Part shown: piece after piece, positions 8,642-17,354 of the stretch
Numbering within the stretch: the first letter of the stretch is position 1
Layout: each line of letters begins with the position of its first letter
DNA from: Geotalea uraniireducens Rf4
Lineage (GTDB): Bacteria > Desulfobacterota > Desulfuromonadia > Geobacterales > Geobacteraceae
Direction: 5' to 3'
NCBI RefSeq assembly: GCF_000016745.1
Contig: NC_009483.1
Location: forward strand, 180,001-212,000
DNA: 32,000 nucleotides
Position numbers and translations under genes: made by a program
Notes under the pieces: model-generated
Seen by the model: only the letters and a program-made list of their open reading frames with translations
Database searches by the model: none
What the model was told of the DNA's origin: nothing

Positions 8642-9622
8642 ATGTTTTACTCACATGTTCTGGCCACCGGTGGAAGCGTTCCTGAGAGAGTCGTCACCAA
8701 CGATTACTTTAACAATCTCGTGGAGGATGCCGATACCTGGATCCTTTCCCGGACTGGAATCCGCGAACGTCGCTTTGTTTCTGCCGATGAATCGACCTCC
8801 GACCTGGCGACGGCAGCTGCTAAAGATGCCCTTGCGAAGGGGGGGATCGACCCGCTCGACCTGGACTGCATCATCGTAGCCACATCGACTCCCGACATGA
8901 TCCTGCCGGCGACGGCCTGCATGGTGCAGAAAAATATTGGTGCGGCGAACGCCTTTGCCTTCGACATGAACGCCGTCTGCAGCAGCTTCATCTATGCCGT
9001 GGAAACGGCTGATAACTTCATAAAATCCGGCAAATACGGAAAGGTTCTGGTTATCGGGGCCGACACCTATTCAAAGATCCTCGATTTCCAGGACAAGACA
9101 ACCTGCCCCCTCTTCGGCGACGGTGCCGGGGCGTTGATCCTCGGCTCTTCAACCGAAAAAAAGGGCATATTGCAGAGTCAGGTCAAGAGTGACGGCAAAG
9201 GGTGGGAACTCATCCAGGTCCCGTCATCGGGATCGAGAAAGCCGATCACTGCCGAGACCATCGCTTTGCGGGAAAATACCTTCAAGATGGCGGGCAAGAG
9301 CGTTTTTGTTTTTGCTACCGACGTGATTCCGCAGATCATCGAGGACGTCACTGCCAAGGCAGGTATCAGGCCGGATCAGCTCGACCACATCATTCCCCAT
9401 CAGGCCAATGTCCGTATCATCGATTTTATCTCTAAGAAGACCGGCATCGACAAGGAAAAATTTCTTCTCAATCTGGACCGGTACGGCAACACTGCCGCAG
9501 CTTCCGTCGGGCTTGCTCTCGATGAGAACGTGACTAACGGCACCATCAAGCCGGGCGATCTGGTCCTGATAATGGGCTTCGGCGGCGGACTCTCCTGGGG
9601 AGGGGTGCTCTTTCAGTTTTAA
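8642..9622 (+). CDS. fabH: 3-oxoacyl-ACP synthase III (KAS III, FabH family)
   Basis: The family fold is evident, and the Cys-His-Asn triad contexts are present (NAVCSSF, IPHQANVRI, GNTAAAS). A purine-rich SD (GAGGGAAGAGA) lies upstream. The gene is not embedded in a plsX-fabD-fabG-acpP cluster. Confidence 0.9.
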   Translation: MFYSHVLATGGSVPERVVTNDYFNNLVEDADTWILSRTGIRERRFVSADESTSDLATAAAKDALAKGGIDPLDLDCIIVATSTPDMILPATACMVQKNIGAANAFAFDMNAVCSSFIYAVETADNFIKSGKYGKVLVIGADTYSKILDFQDKTTCPLFGDGAGALILGSSTEKKGILQSQVKSDGKGWELIQVPSSGSRKPITAETIALRENTFKMAGKSVFVFATDVIPQIIEDVTAKAGIRPDQLDHIIPHQANVRIIDFISKKTGIDKEKFLLNLDRYGNTAAASVGLALDENVTNGTIKPGDLVLIMGFGGGLSWGGVLFQF

Positions 9623-10673
9623 TCCCTGCCACACCTTCCTTTATACTGAGTAGTCTGAAACCGTTTCCGGCTAGGATTCCCTCCAGCAGAGCAGCAGGCG
9701 CTATTTTCTTCCAGCCGTCGTGAAACCGATCGGCGGCCAGCAGTATCCCCCCCGGCTTCACCCTTTTTGCCAGACAGGCAATCGACAGCTCCAATGCATT
9801 TCTCTCATGGACAAACGGTCCGCCCAAAATGCCGTTGCAGAGAACGACGTCGTATCGTTCTGCTGCCGATGTCCCGGCAATATCTTCCTGGCGGAAATGC
9901 ATCCGATCTGCTGCACCGCATTGGAAAAGCGGCTGAATGTTATTGCGATAGGAAACCTGGCGAAGCGGCTCGTGGGGAAAGTAGCCGTGGGCAGCCGCGA
10001 AAAGTTCGAGCGGTTCAAGGGTGGAGCCGTGTACCTCAAAGGATTCAACACGGAAACCGCATTCCAAAAGGAGCAGAGCAAGCTCGTAAGTCCCCTCTCC
10101 GCAGCCGCAGGCCGCATCGAGACAGTGCAGGCCTTTGTTAAACCGTTCCTTGTTTTCCCGTAGCCAACTTCTTAAAAATGCAGTTTGTGCGGTATAACGG
10201 CCGAAACCTCCACCGTACTGTCTGGGGAGGAAATTGAAGAACAGAAACCGGCGGCGTTCTTCCTCGTCCGCCATCAACCTCCGTAATAATAGCGCCGGAT
10301 TTGCCTGACCGACCAATGATTGCAGGCTTTGCAGGGCGTCGAGCCAACTGACTGAGGTATGGATGATGGATGCATCGAGGAAGGGAGTGAAGGTGAGTGC
10401 GTGGGCAAAGAACCGATTAAAGAGCTGCCGAATCTCTGCCAAAGGCAGATGGCATTCGGTCATCCCCCGCATTTCATTGGTGACGGCCAGTCCGGGCGCC
10501 CATAAACCGTGGGGGTAGGTGGCTGCATAGCGGGAGAACTCGTGCTCAAGACGGAAAATCAGCCTTTCCAGGCTGCTGTCGACGATTGGCCCGGGGGGCA
10601 GCAGGTTGGAGAGCCTTTCCGCGACAACTTGGGGGGCAAGAACCGGCTTGTATTTAAGTTCCAGTTTTTGCAT
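9546..10673 (-). CDS. Class I SAM-dependent methyltransferase with a long N-terminal domain
   Basis: Motif I LDAACGCGEGTYELA and post-I/II-like DVVLCNGILGG. The Arg/Pro-rich C-terminal tail overlaps the fabH 3' end by 77 nt. No SD is visible. Confidence 0.7.
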   Translation of the reverse strand: MQKLELKYKPVLAPQVVAERLSNLLPPGPIVDSSLERLIFRLEHEFSRYAATYPHGLWAPGLAVTNEMRGMTECHLPLAEIRQLFNRFFAHALTFTPFLDASIIHTSVSWLDALQSLQSLVGQANPALLLRRLMADEEERRRFLFFNFLPRQYGGGFGRYTAQTAFLRSWLRENKERFNKGLHCLDAACGCGEGTYELALLLLECGFRVESFEVHGSTLEPLELFAAAHGYFPHEPLRQVSYRNNIQPLFQCGAADRMHFRQEDIAGTSAAERYDVVLCNGILGGPFVHERNALELSIACLAKRVKPGGILLAADRFHDGWKKIAPAALLEGILAGNGFRLLSIKEGVAGIKTERAPLPRRVRRRSPLSGPDRPA

Positions 10674-10729
10674 AGGGAAAGGGAACGTTTTCTCGTATAA
10701 TCCGAAAGCTGAACGAAAGAAAGTCCCTT

Positions 10730-10756
10730 CATATACGCTTTGAACTTATTTGTCAA
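10730..10756 (-). promoter_or_regulatory. Weak candidate promoter for the methyltransferase
   Basis: The minus strand reads TTGACA (10756-10751), then a 15-nt spacer (short), then TATATG (10735-10730). Confidence 0.25.
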
Positions 10757-10761
10757 CGGGG

Positions 10762-11088
10762 TTAAGGGCAGGATTTGCCGTTCTTTATCATGAGTGCTTT
10801 CAGAAGCGCCGGCTGCTCCTGGCGGGAAGGGGTCTGATTGGTGATGACATCCCTCACCGACAGGAGGTCCTTTTTTAATGATTCGCCATTCCTGACCAGA
10901 AGACGGGTCTGCGCGTCACTTCTAACATAGGGGGATAGAAGATTTATGGCATCGGTAATTTTCTGACTTACAACTACACGTTCCTTGAAATTGTCAAACT
11001 GACCTCTTTTTAATCTATCGTTGATAGCAGAGAACTCACTCGTAAAATAAGTCAAAACGGTTGCATATACGTTGTTGTCATCAGCCAT
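10762..11088 (-). CDS. Hypothetical protein (108 aa), no recognisable family
   Basis: Clean ORF with a purine-rich stretch (GAGAAGAGA) upstream. It follows the upstream small ORF after 3 nt. It appears more AT-rich than its neighbours. Confidence 0.5.
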   Translation of the reverse strand: MADDNNVYATVLTYFTSEFSAINDRLKRGQFDNFKERVVVSQKITDAINLLSPYVRSDAQTRLLVRNGESLKKDLLSVRDVITNQTPSRQEQPALLKALMIKNGKSCP

Positions 11089-11091
11089 TAG

Positions 11092-11232
11092 TTATCTCTT
11101 CTCGTCCTTCCCCAGCCGGGCTTTAGTGTTAATGACGTTTTCCAGAGGTACAACCTTATCAGTTACCCGTTCTCCACCCGGATTAATCTTCTTTTCGGCC
11201 TTATCGACTTTTTCTTTAAAATTATTCAGCAT
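11092..11232 (-). CDS. Hypothetical small Lys/Glu-rich protein (46 aa), or a 3' remnant of a gene cut by the IS
   Basis: MLNNFKEKVDKAEKK... begins at the ATG at 11232. The longer ORF-track version (to 11340) runs into the IS left end and is not credible. No SD is present. Confidence 0.3.
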   Translation of the reverse strand: MLNNFKEKVDKAEKKINPGGERVTDKVVPLENVINTKARLGKDEKR

Positions 11233-11287
11233 TGTCCGGTTTGGTCTTTGCAAGGTTCTTTGAGAATGTAAAAAAGTTGTAAAATCA

Positions 11288-12729
11288 GCGTTATACCGCA
11301 TTATTTGCTTGACTTTGAGTAAAAAAACGGTGGTCCGCACTCGTAACTATCCAATATTACAGGAGTTACGATATGCGACCGTTCAAACGACTGAAACAAA
11401 GACGAAAATCACGCGCTTTCAAATTGCTTCTTACCCCGATTTTTGAGAGATTCAAGTCAGATAATGAACTTGAATCCAGGGGGTATCGCCCGTTGCAAAT
11501 GACTTTCGATGATCAGCTAAAAGCCCTGATCTTTTATCACTTGGAAGAGTTCTCTTCCGGGAGCGAACTTCTCCAGGCGCTGGATCAGGATGACTTCGCC
11601 AAGGAATGTGTTGCTCCCCCCAAGGGAATCAAAAAGAGCTCTTTCTTTGAGGCAATCAACAACCGTGGTCTTGAACAGCTTTCCGAGGTATTCGGGCATC
11701 TTGTCAAGCAAGCAGGCAGAGTGCTTCCCGATGAATATGCTCACCTTGGCAATCTGGTATCCATAGACGGTTCTTTGATAGATGCTGTTCTATCTATGGA
11801 ATGGGCAGATTACCGAAGCGGCTCTAAGAAGGCCAAGGCCCATATCGGCTTCGATATCAACCGTGGTATTCCAAGGAAGATATTCCTGACCGACGGTAAA
11901 GAGGGTGAGCGCCCCTTTGTTGATAAGATCATCGACAAAGGCGAAACCGGTGTCATGGATCGTGGGTATCAGTCTCATAATCACTTTGACCAGTGGCAGG
12001 CCGCCGAGAAGTTTTTTGTCTGCCGTATCAGGGAGAATACACACAAAACCGTCATCAGAGAGAATGCCGTAAATCCTGACAGTATTGTCTTCTATGACCA
12101 GATAGTACTTCTCGGCACCAAAGGTATAAACCAGACTGAGAAAGAGCTGCGCCTTGTTGGTTACCGTATTGACGGCAAGGACTACTGGGTAGCAACCAAC
12201 AGATACGACCTGACGGCTGAAGAAGTGGCCCAGGTTTATAAACTGCGCTGGAACATAGAGACCTTCTTCGGTTGGTGGAAACGCCACCTAAAGGTGTATC
12301 ACCTGATTGCCAGAAGCGAATATGGTCTCATGGTTCAAATACTTGGTGGTCTCATCACCTATCTGCTGCTAGCCATCTATTGCCGTGAGCAGCACCAGGA
12401 GCCAGTCAGCATTAGCAGGGTACGAGAATTACGCAATCAGATTGCAAATGAAGCAGCAGCCGAACAGCAGAGCCGTCGCACAAGAATACAAGGTAACTCA
12501 AACAAAATTAGACAGTTGAAACGTAAGAAACGTCGTGCAAAAACCTAACCGGAAGTTACTGAAAATTATTACGAAAGACCGGTTGCCATTGCGAAAGCCC
12601 GGCCTCGGAATAAGGAAAGGACAAAAACCGCGTTAGAAGCGTTGCCGGCGTTGTCGGAAGCAAAACGGAAAACGTGAGAAGCGTGCAGGCTGATGATCGA
12701 AAGCGGATTGCATAATGGTGGATTAACGC
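11288..12729 (+). mobile_element. IS4-family insertion sequence (about 1.44 kb); ends approximate
   Basis: A single DDE transposase is flanked by imperfect terminal inverted repeats. The left repeat is GCGTTATACCGCATTATTTGC (11288-11308). The right repeat is GCATAATGGTGGATTAACGC (12710-12729), whose reverse complement is GCGTTAATCCACCATTATGC. About 17 positions match, with small indels. I could not identify a clean target-site duplication. Confidence 0.6.
11373..12548 (+). CDS. IS4-family DDE transposase
   Basis: D (SIDGS), D (VMDRGY) and the Y-x2-R-x3-E-x6-K signature (YKLRWNIETFFGWWK). CAGGAG lies 7 nt upstream of the ATG. Confidence 0.9.
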   Translation: MRPFKRLKQRRKSRAFKLLLTPIFERFKSDNELESRGYRPLQMTFDDQLKALIFYHLEEFSSGSELLQALDQDDFAKECVAPPKGIKKSSFFEAINNRGLEQLSEVFGHLVKQAGRVLPDEYAHLGNLVSIDGSLIDAVLSMEWADYRSGSKKAKAHIGFDINRGIPRKIFLTDGKEGERPFVDKIIDKGETGVMDRGYQSHNHFDQWQAAEKFFVCRIRENTHKTVIRENAVNPDSIVFYDQIVLLGTKGINQTEKELRLVGYRIDGKDYWVATNRYDLTAEEVAQVYKLRWNIETFFGWWKRHLKVYHLIARSEYGLMVQILGGLITYLLLAIYCREQHQEPVSISRVRELRNQIANEAAAEQQSRRTRIQGNSNKIRQLKRKKRRAKT

Positions 12730-12798
12730 ATTGTTTTTTGTTATGCTTTTGGCTGCTTTCATATTTAATGTCGCAGTCGAAAAACCCAAAAAATAGAG

Positions 12799-15700
12799 AT
12801 GACCGCTATCCTTACTCCTAATATAAACCAGCTTGTCTCTGCCCTTTCCACTGCCGAGGCCTCTATCTCCATTGCCGGCCTCAAGGGCTCAGCACCGGCC
12901 TATGTCCTGTCGCGATTACTGGTCGGGGTGAAAAAGAACTTTCTTATCATCACGTCAGATGCAGAAAGCGCCGAAGAACTGTGCCGCGAATTGCGCTTTT
13001 ACAGCGGCCGGGAAGACGCCGTCCTGTATTTCCCACCATGGGACACCGCACCTTTTGAAAGCGCATCTCCCCATGCGGACATTACCGGCCAGCGGCTGAA
13101 TGTGTTGTTCCGGCTGATGGACGGCAGGGCGGACGCGGTGGTGACATCACTGCCGGCCGTGATGCAAAAGCTCCTGCCGCGCAAGACCCTTGGGGAGATT
13201 TCCCAGTACATCGTTGCCGGTGAAGAGGTGGCGCGGGAGAAACTGCTGGAAAAGCTGGTGAAGCTCGGTTATTCGCACGTACCACTGGTGGAGGATCGGG
13301 GCGGCTTTTCCATTCGCGGCGGCATCCTCGACATCTTTCCCCCTGACCTGCCGGCGCCGGTCAGAATCGAGTTCTTCGGCGATTTTGTCGATACCATCCG
13401 CACCTTCGACCCTGCCACGCAACGCTCCCTTCAGCCATTGGAAGAGCTGGTTCTCCTCCCTTCGCGGGAGGTGGTGATCTCTGAGGAGGTCTTGAAGGAG
13501 TTCCCCCCGCGCCTGAAAAAACGCTGCGATGCTATTGAGATTCCGGCGACCCGCCGTCGGGACCTGCTGGAGCAGCTGCAGAACGCCATATACCCGCCGG
13601 GGGTGGAATACCTCCAGCCCCTGTTCCATCCAGGACTTGAGACCCTTTTCGATTACGCCGGCAAAGAGCTGGTCAAGGTGATCTATGACCCCGCAGCCAT
13701 GGCCGCTGCCCGGGAGCGCTTCATCGAAGAGCTGTCTGCTGCAGAGCAGAGGGCATTCGAGCGGGACGTCATCAGCTGCGAAACAGCAGAATTGTTTCTC
13801 GATGCAGATAGCATAACGAAGATTCTTTCAGAGGGTCGTCGACTGGCGATTCCTTTTCTGGAGGTGCGCGGCACCGGCGAGATCGGAGAAACCTTCCGCC
13901 TTGCGGTGCAGGATAACAGCGATCTCAAACTTGAGGTCTCCAGCGATGGCGAGGGGGTGCTGAAACCCCTGGTGGAAAAGGTCCTCTCCTGGCTTGCGGC
14001 GAAGAACCAGGTGCTCATGGCCTGTCACCAGCGTGGTCAGGCCCAACGGCTCTATGAAATCCTTTCCCATTACGATCTCCCTCTCAACATCTCCGAGCGC
14101 GAGTTTCCGGCGGAGCTGGGGCGTAAAGACAACCGGCTCGATATTCTTGTGGGAGACATTTCCCGCGGTTTCCGCCTCCCGGAAGAGGGGTTGGTTGTCA
14201 TTGCCGAGGAAGAGATCTTTGGCGTCAGGGTCAAGCGACGCGGCCTTTCCGAGGCCCGGAAAAAACAGCTGCTCACCTCCCTCGCCGAACTGAAGCCTGG
14301 CGACTACATGGTGCATATCGACTTCGGCGTCGGCATTTACCGCGGTCTGCAGCATCTGACCTTCGATCGGATGGAGGGGGATTTTCTCCTCCTGGAATAC
14401 GCCGGTGCGGACAAGCTCTACCTGCCCGTCGATCGGATCAACCTTGTTCAGCGCTATGTGGGTGCCGAAGGGGTCGAGCCCCATGTGGACAAGCTGGGAG
14501 GCGCCGGCTGGGAGAAGACCAAGGCCCGGGCCCGGGCCGCCATTCAGGAGATGGCGGGGGAACTGCTGAAGATTTACGCTGCGCGGCAGGTGGAGGAAGG
14601 GCATGCCTTCTCTCCCCAGGACGAACTCTACCAGGAATTCGAGGCATCCTTTGCCTTCGAGGAGACACCGGACCAGCAGGCGGCGATCGAAGACGTGCTG
14701 CACGATATGGAGAGCAAGAGGCCGATGGATCGCCTCGTCTGCGGCGATGTGGGGTACGGCAAGACCGAAGTGGCCATGCGCGGCGCCTTCAAGGCGGTGA
14801 TGGACGGCAAGCAGGTGGCGCTTCTGGTCCCGACGACGATTCTTGCCCAGCAGCACATGGAGACCTTTGCCGAGCGTTTCAAGGCGTATCCGGTCAAGGT
14901 GGAGATGCTCTCCCGTTTCCGCTCGGCCAAGGAACAGAAGGCGATCCTCGAAGGGGTAAAAAAGGGGGAGGTCGACATCATCATCGGCACCCATCGCCTG
15001 TTGCAGAAGGATGTGGTCTTCAAGGACCTGGGCCTTCTCATCATCGACGAAGAGCAGCGCTTCGGCGTGTCGCACAAGGAACGGCTGAAGCAATTCCGGG
15101 CTGTGGTGGACATCATGACGCTCACCGCCACCCCGATCCCGCGTACCCTGTACATGTCGCTGATGGGGATCCGCGACCTCTCCATCATCGATACCCCGCC
15201 GGTCGATCGTCTCGCTATCAAGACCTTCGTGGCGCGCTCTTCCGATGAGCTGATCCGCGAGGCAGTGCTGCGGGAGTTGCGCCGGGGCGGGCAGGTGTTC
15301 TTCGTCCATAACCGGGTGCAGACCATCGGTGCCATGGCGGAGCATTTGCAGCAGATCGTCCCCGAGGCGCGCATTGCCGTGGGGCACGGCCAGATGGACG
15401 AAAAGGAGCTGGAACGGGTGATGCTCGGCTTTATGCATGGCGAAACCAACTTGCTCCTCTGCACCACCATCATCGAGTCGGGGCTCGACATCCCGACTGC
15501 CAACACTCTGATCGTCAGCCGGGCCGATACTTTCGGTCTGTCCCAGCTCTACCAGTTGCGCGGCCGGGTGGGACGCTCCAAGCAGCGCGCCTACGCCTAT
15601 CTGCTCATCCCAGGCGAAGGGGCCATCTCGGCCGATGCGCGGGAGAGGCTCAAGATCATCCAGGAGCTTACCGAACTGGGCGCCGGCTTTCGCATCGCCA

Positions 15701-16278
15701 CCCACGACCTGGAGATCCGGGGCGCCGGTGATCTTCTCGGGGCGCGGCAGTCCGGGGATATCGCCGCGGTAGGTTTTGAACTCTATACGGAACTTCTTGA
15801 AGAGGCGATCAGGCAGCTGAAGGGCGAGGAACTGGCCGAGCGGGTCGAGCCGGAGATCAAGCTGCGCATCCCGGCGTTTGTCCCGGAGGATTATGTCCGC
15901 GAACCGAACCAGCGGCTCATTATCTACAAAAAGCTTTCCCAGGCGACATCGGAGGAAGATATCGGGGAAATCATGGCGGAGCTGGTCGACCGCTTCGGCA
16001 AGTTGCCGCTGGCGGCTACCTATCTCCTGGAAGTGATGCGGCTGCGCGTCACCCTGAAAGCCATGCTGGTCAAGGAGATCGAGTTCGATGGTAAACGGCT
16101 TGTCCTCTCTTTCCATCAGAAGACCCCCGTTCCACCCGATACCATCATCGCCCTGATCCGGCAACAGCCGAAAAAATACCAGTTCACGCCCGACTTCCGC
16201 CTCTATGCCGAGCTGGCTGATACCTCGTTTGACGGCATTCTCGGCGAGGCCAGAAATCTCTTGAAAAGGCTAGGCTGA
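12799..16278 (+). CDS. mfd: Transcription-repair coupling factor Mfd
   Basis: 1159 aa. It has a UvrB-homology N-terminus, a CarD/RID-like region, superfamily-2 helicase motifs (GDVGYGKTEVA, IIDEEQRFG, TATPIPRT, QLRGRVGR) and a TRCF C-terminal domain. Confidence 0.97.
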   Translation: MTAILTPNINQLVSALSTAEASISIAGLKGSAPAYVLSRLLVGVKKNFLIITSDAESAEELCRELRFYSGREDAVLYFPPWDTAPFESASPHADITGQRLNVLFRLMDGRADAVVTSLPAVMQKLLPRKTLGEISQYIVAGEEVAREKLLEKLVKLGYSHVPLVEDRGGFSIRGGILDIFPPDLPAPVRIEFFGDFVDTIRTFDPATQRSLQPLEELVLLPSREVVISEEVLKEFPPRLKKRCDAIEIPATRRRDLLEQLQNAIYPPGVEYLQPLFHPGLETLFDYAGKELVKVIYDPAAMAAARERFIEELSAAEQRAFERDVISCETAELFLDADSITKILSEGRRLAIPFLEVRGTGEIGETFRLAVQDNSDLKLEVSSDGEGVLKPLVEKVLSWLAAKNQVLMACHQRGQAQRLYEILSHYDLPLNISEREFPAELGRKDNRLDILVGDISRGFRLPEEGLVVIAEEEIFGVRVKRRGLSEARKKQLLTSLAELKPGDYMVHIDFGVGIYRGLQHLTFDRMEGDFLLLEYAGADKLYLPVDRINLVQRYVGAEGVEPHVDKLGGAGWEKTKARARAAIQEMAGELLKIYAARQVEEGHAFSPQDELYQEFEASFAFEETPDQQAAIEDVLHDMESKRPMDRLVCGDVGYGKTEVAMRGAFKAVMDGKQVALLVPTTILAQQHMETFAERFKAYPVKVEMLSRFRSAKEQKAILEGVKKGEVDIIIGTHRLLQKDVVFKDLGLLIIDEEQRFGVSHKERLKQFRAVVDIMTLTATPIPRTLYMSLMGIRDLSIIDTPPVDRLAIKTFVARSSDELIREAVLRELRRGGQVFFVHNRVQTIGAMAEHLQQIVPEARIAVGHGQMDEKELERVMLGFMHGETNLLLCTTIIESGLDIPTANTLIVSRADTFGLSQLYQLRGRVGRSKQRAYAYLLIPGEGAISADARERLKIIQELTELGAGFRIATHDLEIRGAGDLLGARQSGDIAAVGFELYTELLEEAIRQLKGEELAERVEPEIKLRIPAFVPEDYVREPNQRLIIYKKLSQATSEEDIGEIMAELVDRFGKLPLAATYLLEVMRLRVTLKAMLVKEIEFDGKRLVLSFHQKTPVPPDTIIALIRQQPKKYQFTPDFRLYAELADTSFDGILGEARNLLKRLG

Positions 16279-16332
16279 TATGCTACTTTCCGCAGGATTG
16301 AATGATAATTACTGGAAAACAAAGGAGTTATT

Positions 16333-17265
16333 GTGAACTACAGAGAAACTGGCAAACTGCTCACTATCGCGCTCTGTGTTACGGCCCTTTTCGGCTGCAA
16401 GGCCAAAGTCGGCAGCGAAGCGGGCAAAGAATCACAAAAGAAGTCGGGTCAGGTACTGGCCGAGGTGAATGGCTCCGTTATAACTACCTCTGATTACAAC
16501 AAAGAATTAGAAACGCTCCCCCCCTACCTGAAGCCGATGACTGAAACGCCGGAGGGGAAAAAGGAATTGCTGGACACCATGATTGTCCGGGAACTCATTC
16601 TCCAGCAGGCGGATAAAGACGGCATCGACAAGAGTCAGGCCGTGGCCGACAAGCTTGCGGACCTGAAAAAACGTGTCGTTGTCGAGGCGTTCCTGAAGAA
16701 AAAGGTCGAAGAAGAGGCAAAGATCAGCGATACGGAATTGCAGGATTTCTACAACAAAAACAAGGACAAGTTCAAGACCGGCGAACAGGTGAAGGCCAGC
16801 CATATTCTGGTGAAGACCGAGCCGGAGGCCCAGGAGATTCTCAAACAGCTGAAGGCTGGCGGGAATTTCGACGAACTGGCCAAGAAGCATTCCATCGATG
16901 CTGCTGCGGCAAAGGGGGGCGACCTGGGGTGGTTCGGCAAGGGGGCCATGCTTCCTGACTTTGAAAAAGCGGTTTTCGGCCTCAAGGAAGGCGCAATTTC
17001 CGGTGTCGTCAAGACCAAGTTCGGCTATCACATCATCAAGCTGACCGGCAAGCGCCCTGCCGGCATCCGTCCTTTTGACGAGGTGAAAGACCAGTTGAAA
17101 GCCGCCATTCTCCCGGAAAAACAGCAGGAGGTCTTCAAAAAGCTGAAAGAGGACCTGAAGAAGAGCGCCAAGTTGACCATCAAAGAGGATGTGCTGAAAA
17201 CCCTGGACGGCGGAAAAGCCGGTGGTGAAGCAACAGCCCTGCCGGCAGAACCGGTCAAAAAGTAA
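16333..17265 (+). CDS. PpiC/parvulin-type peptidyl-prolyl isomerase, lipoprotein
   Basis: The GTG start is 5 nt after AAGGAG. Lipobox LFGC. Rotamase core ASHILV...GGDLGWFGKGAMLPDFEKA...FGYHIIKL. Confidence 0.85.
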   Translation: MNYRETGKLLTIALCVTALFGCKAKVGSEAGKESQKKSGQVLAEVNGSVITTSDYNKELETLPPYLKPMTETPEGKKELLDTMIVRELILQQADKDGIDKSQAVADKLADLKKRVVVEAFLKKKVEEEAKISDTELQDFYNKNKDKFKTGEQVKASHILVKTEPEAQEILKQLKAGGNFDELAKKHSIDAAAAKGGDLGWFGKGAMLPDFEKAVFGLKEGAISGVVKTKFGYHIIKLTGKRPAGIRPFDEVKDQLKAAILPEKQQEVFKKLKEDLKKSAKLTIKEDVLKTLDGGKAGGEATALPAEPVKK

Positions 17266-17287
17266 TTTCCTAATCGTATATGAGACT

Positions 17288-17318
17288 GCGGCCGGGCTTT
17301 TGTCCGGCCGCTTTTTTT
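17288..17318 (+). terminator. Rho-independent terminator
   Basis: Stem GCGGCCGG (17288-17295) pairs with CCGGCCGC (17304-17311). The loop is 8 nt, followed by T7 (17312-17318). Confidence 0.8.
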
Positions 17319-17354
17319 CTCAGCATCCCATTTTACTCCTGGATATCGCAAACT

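Noticed and set aside
12556-12789. 77-aa minus-strand ORF downstream of the transposase
   Set aside because: It spans the inferred IS right end and the mfd upstream region. It has no SD and no recognisable features.
13828-16164. 778-aa minus-strand ORF, plus 14628-15506 and others, inside mfd
   Set aside because: It is antisense to a confidently identified, motif-rich gene. Its composition (R/G/P/L/H/D-rich) is typical of shadow ORFs in GC-rich coding DNA. No motifs are present.
17280-17354. Upstream start (17280) for the SurA-like gene
   Set aside because: It would translate through the rho-independent terminator at 17288-17318. The ATG at 17355 yields a canonical signal peptide.
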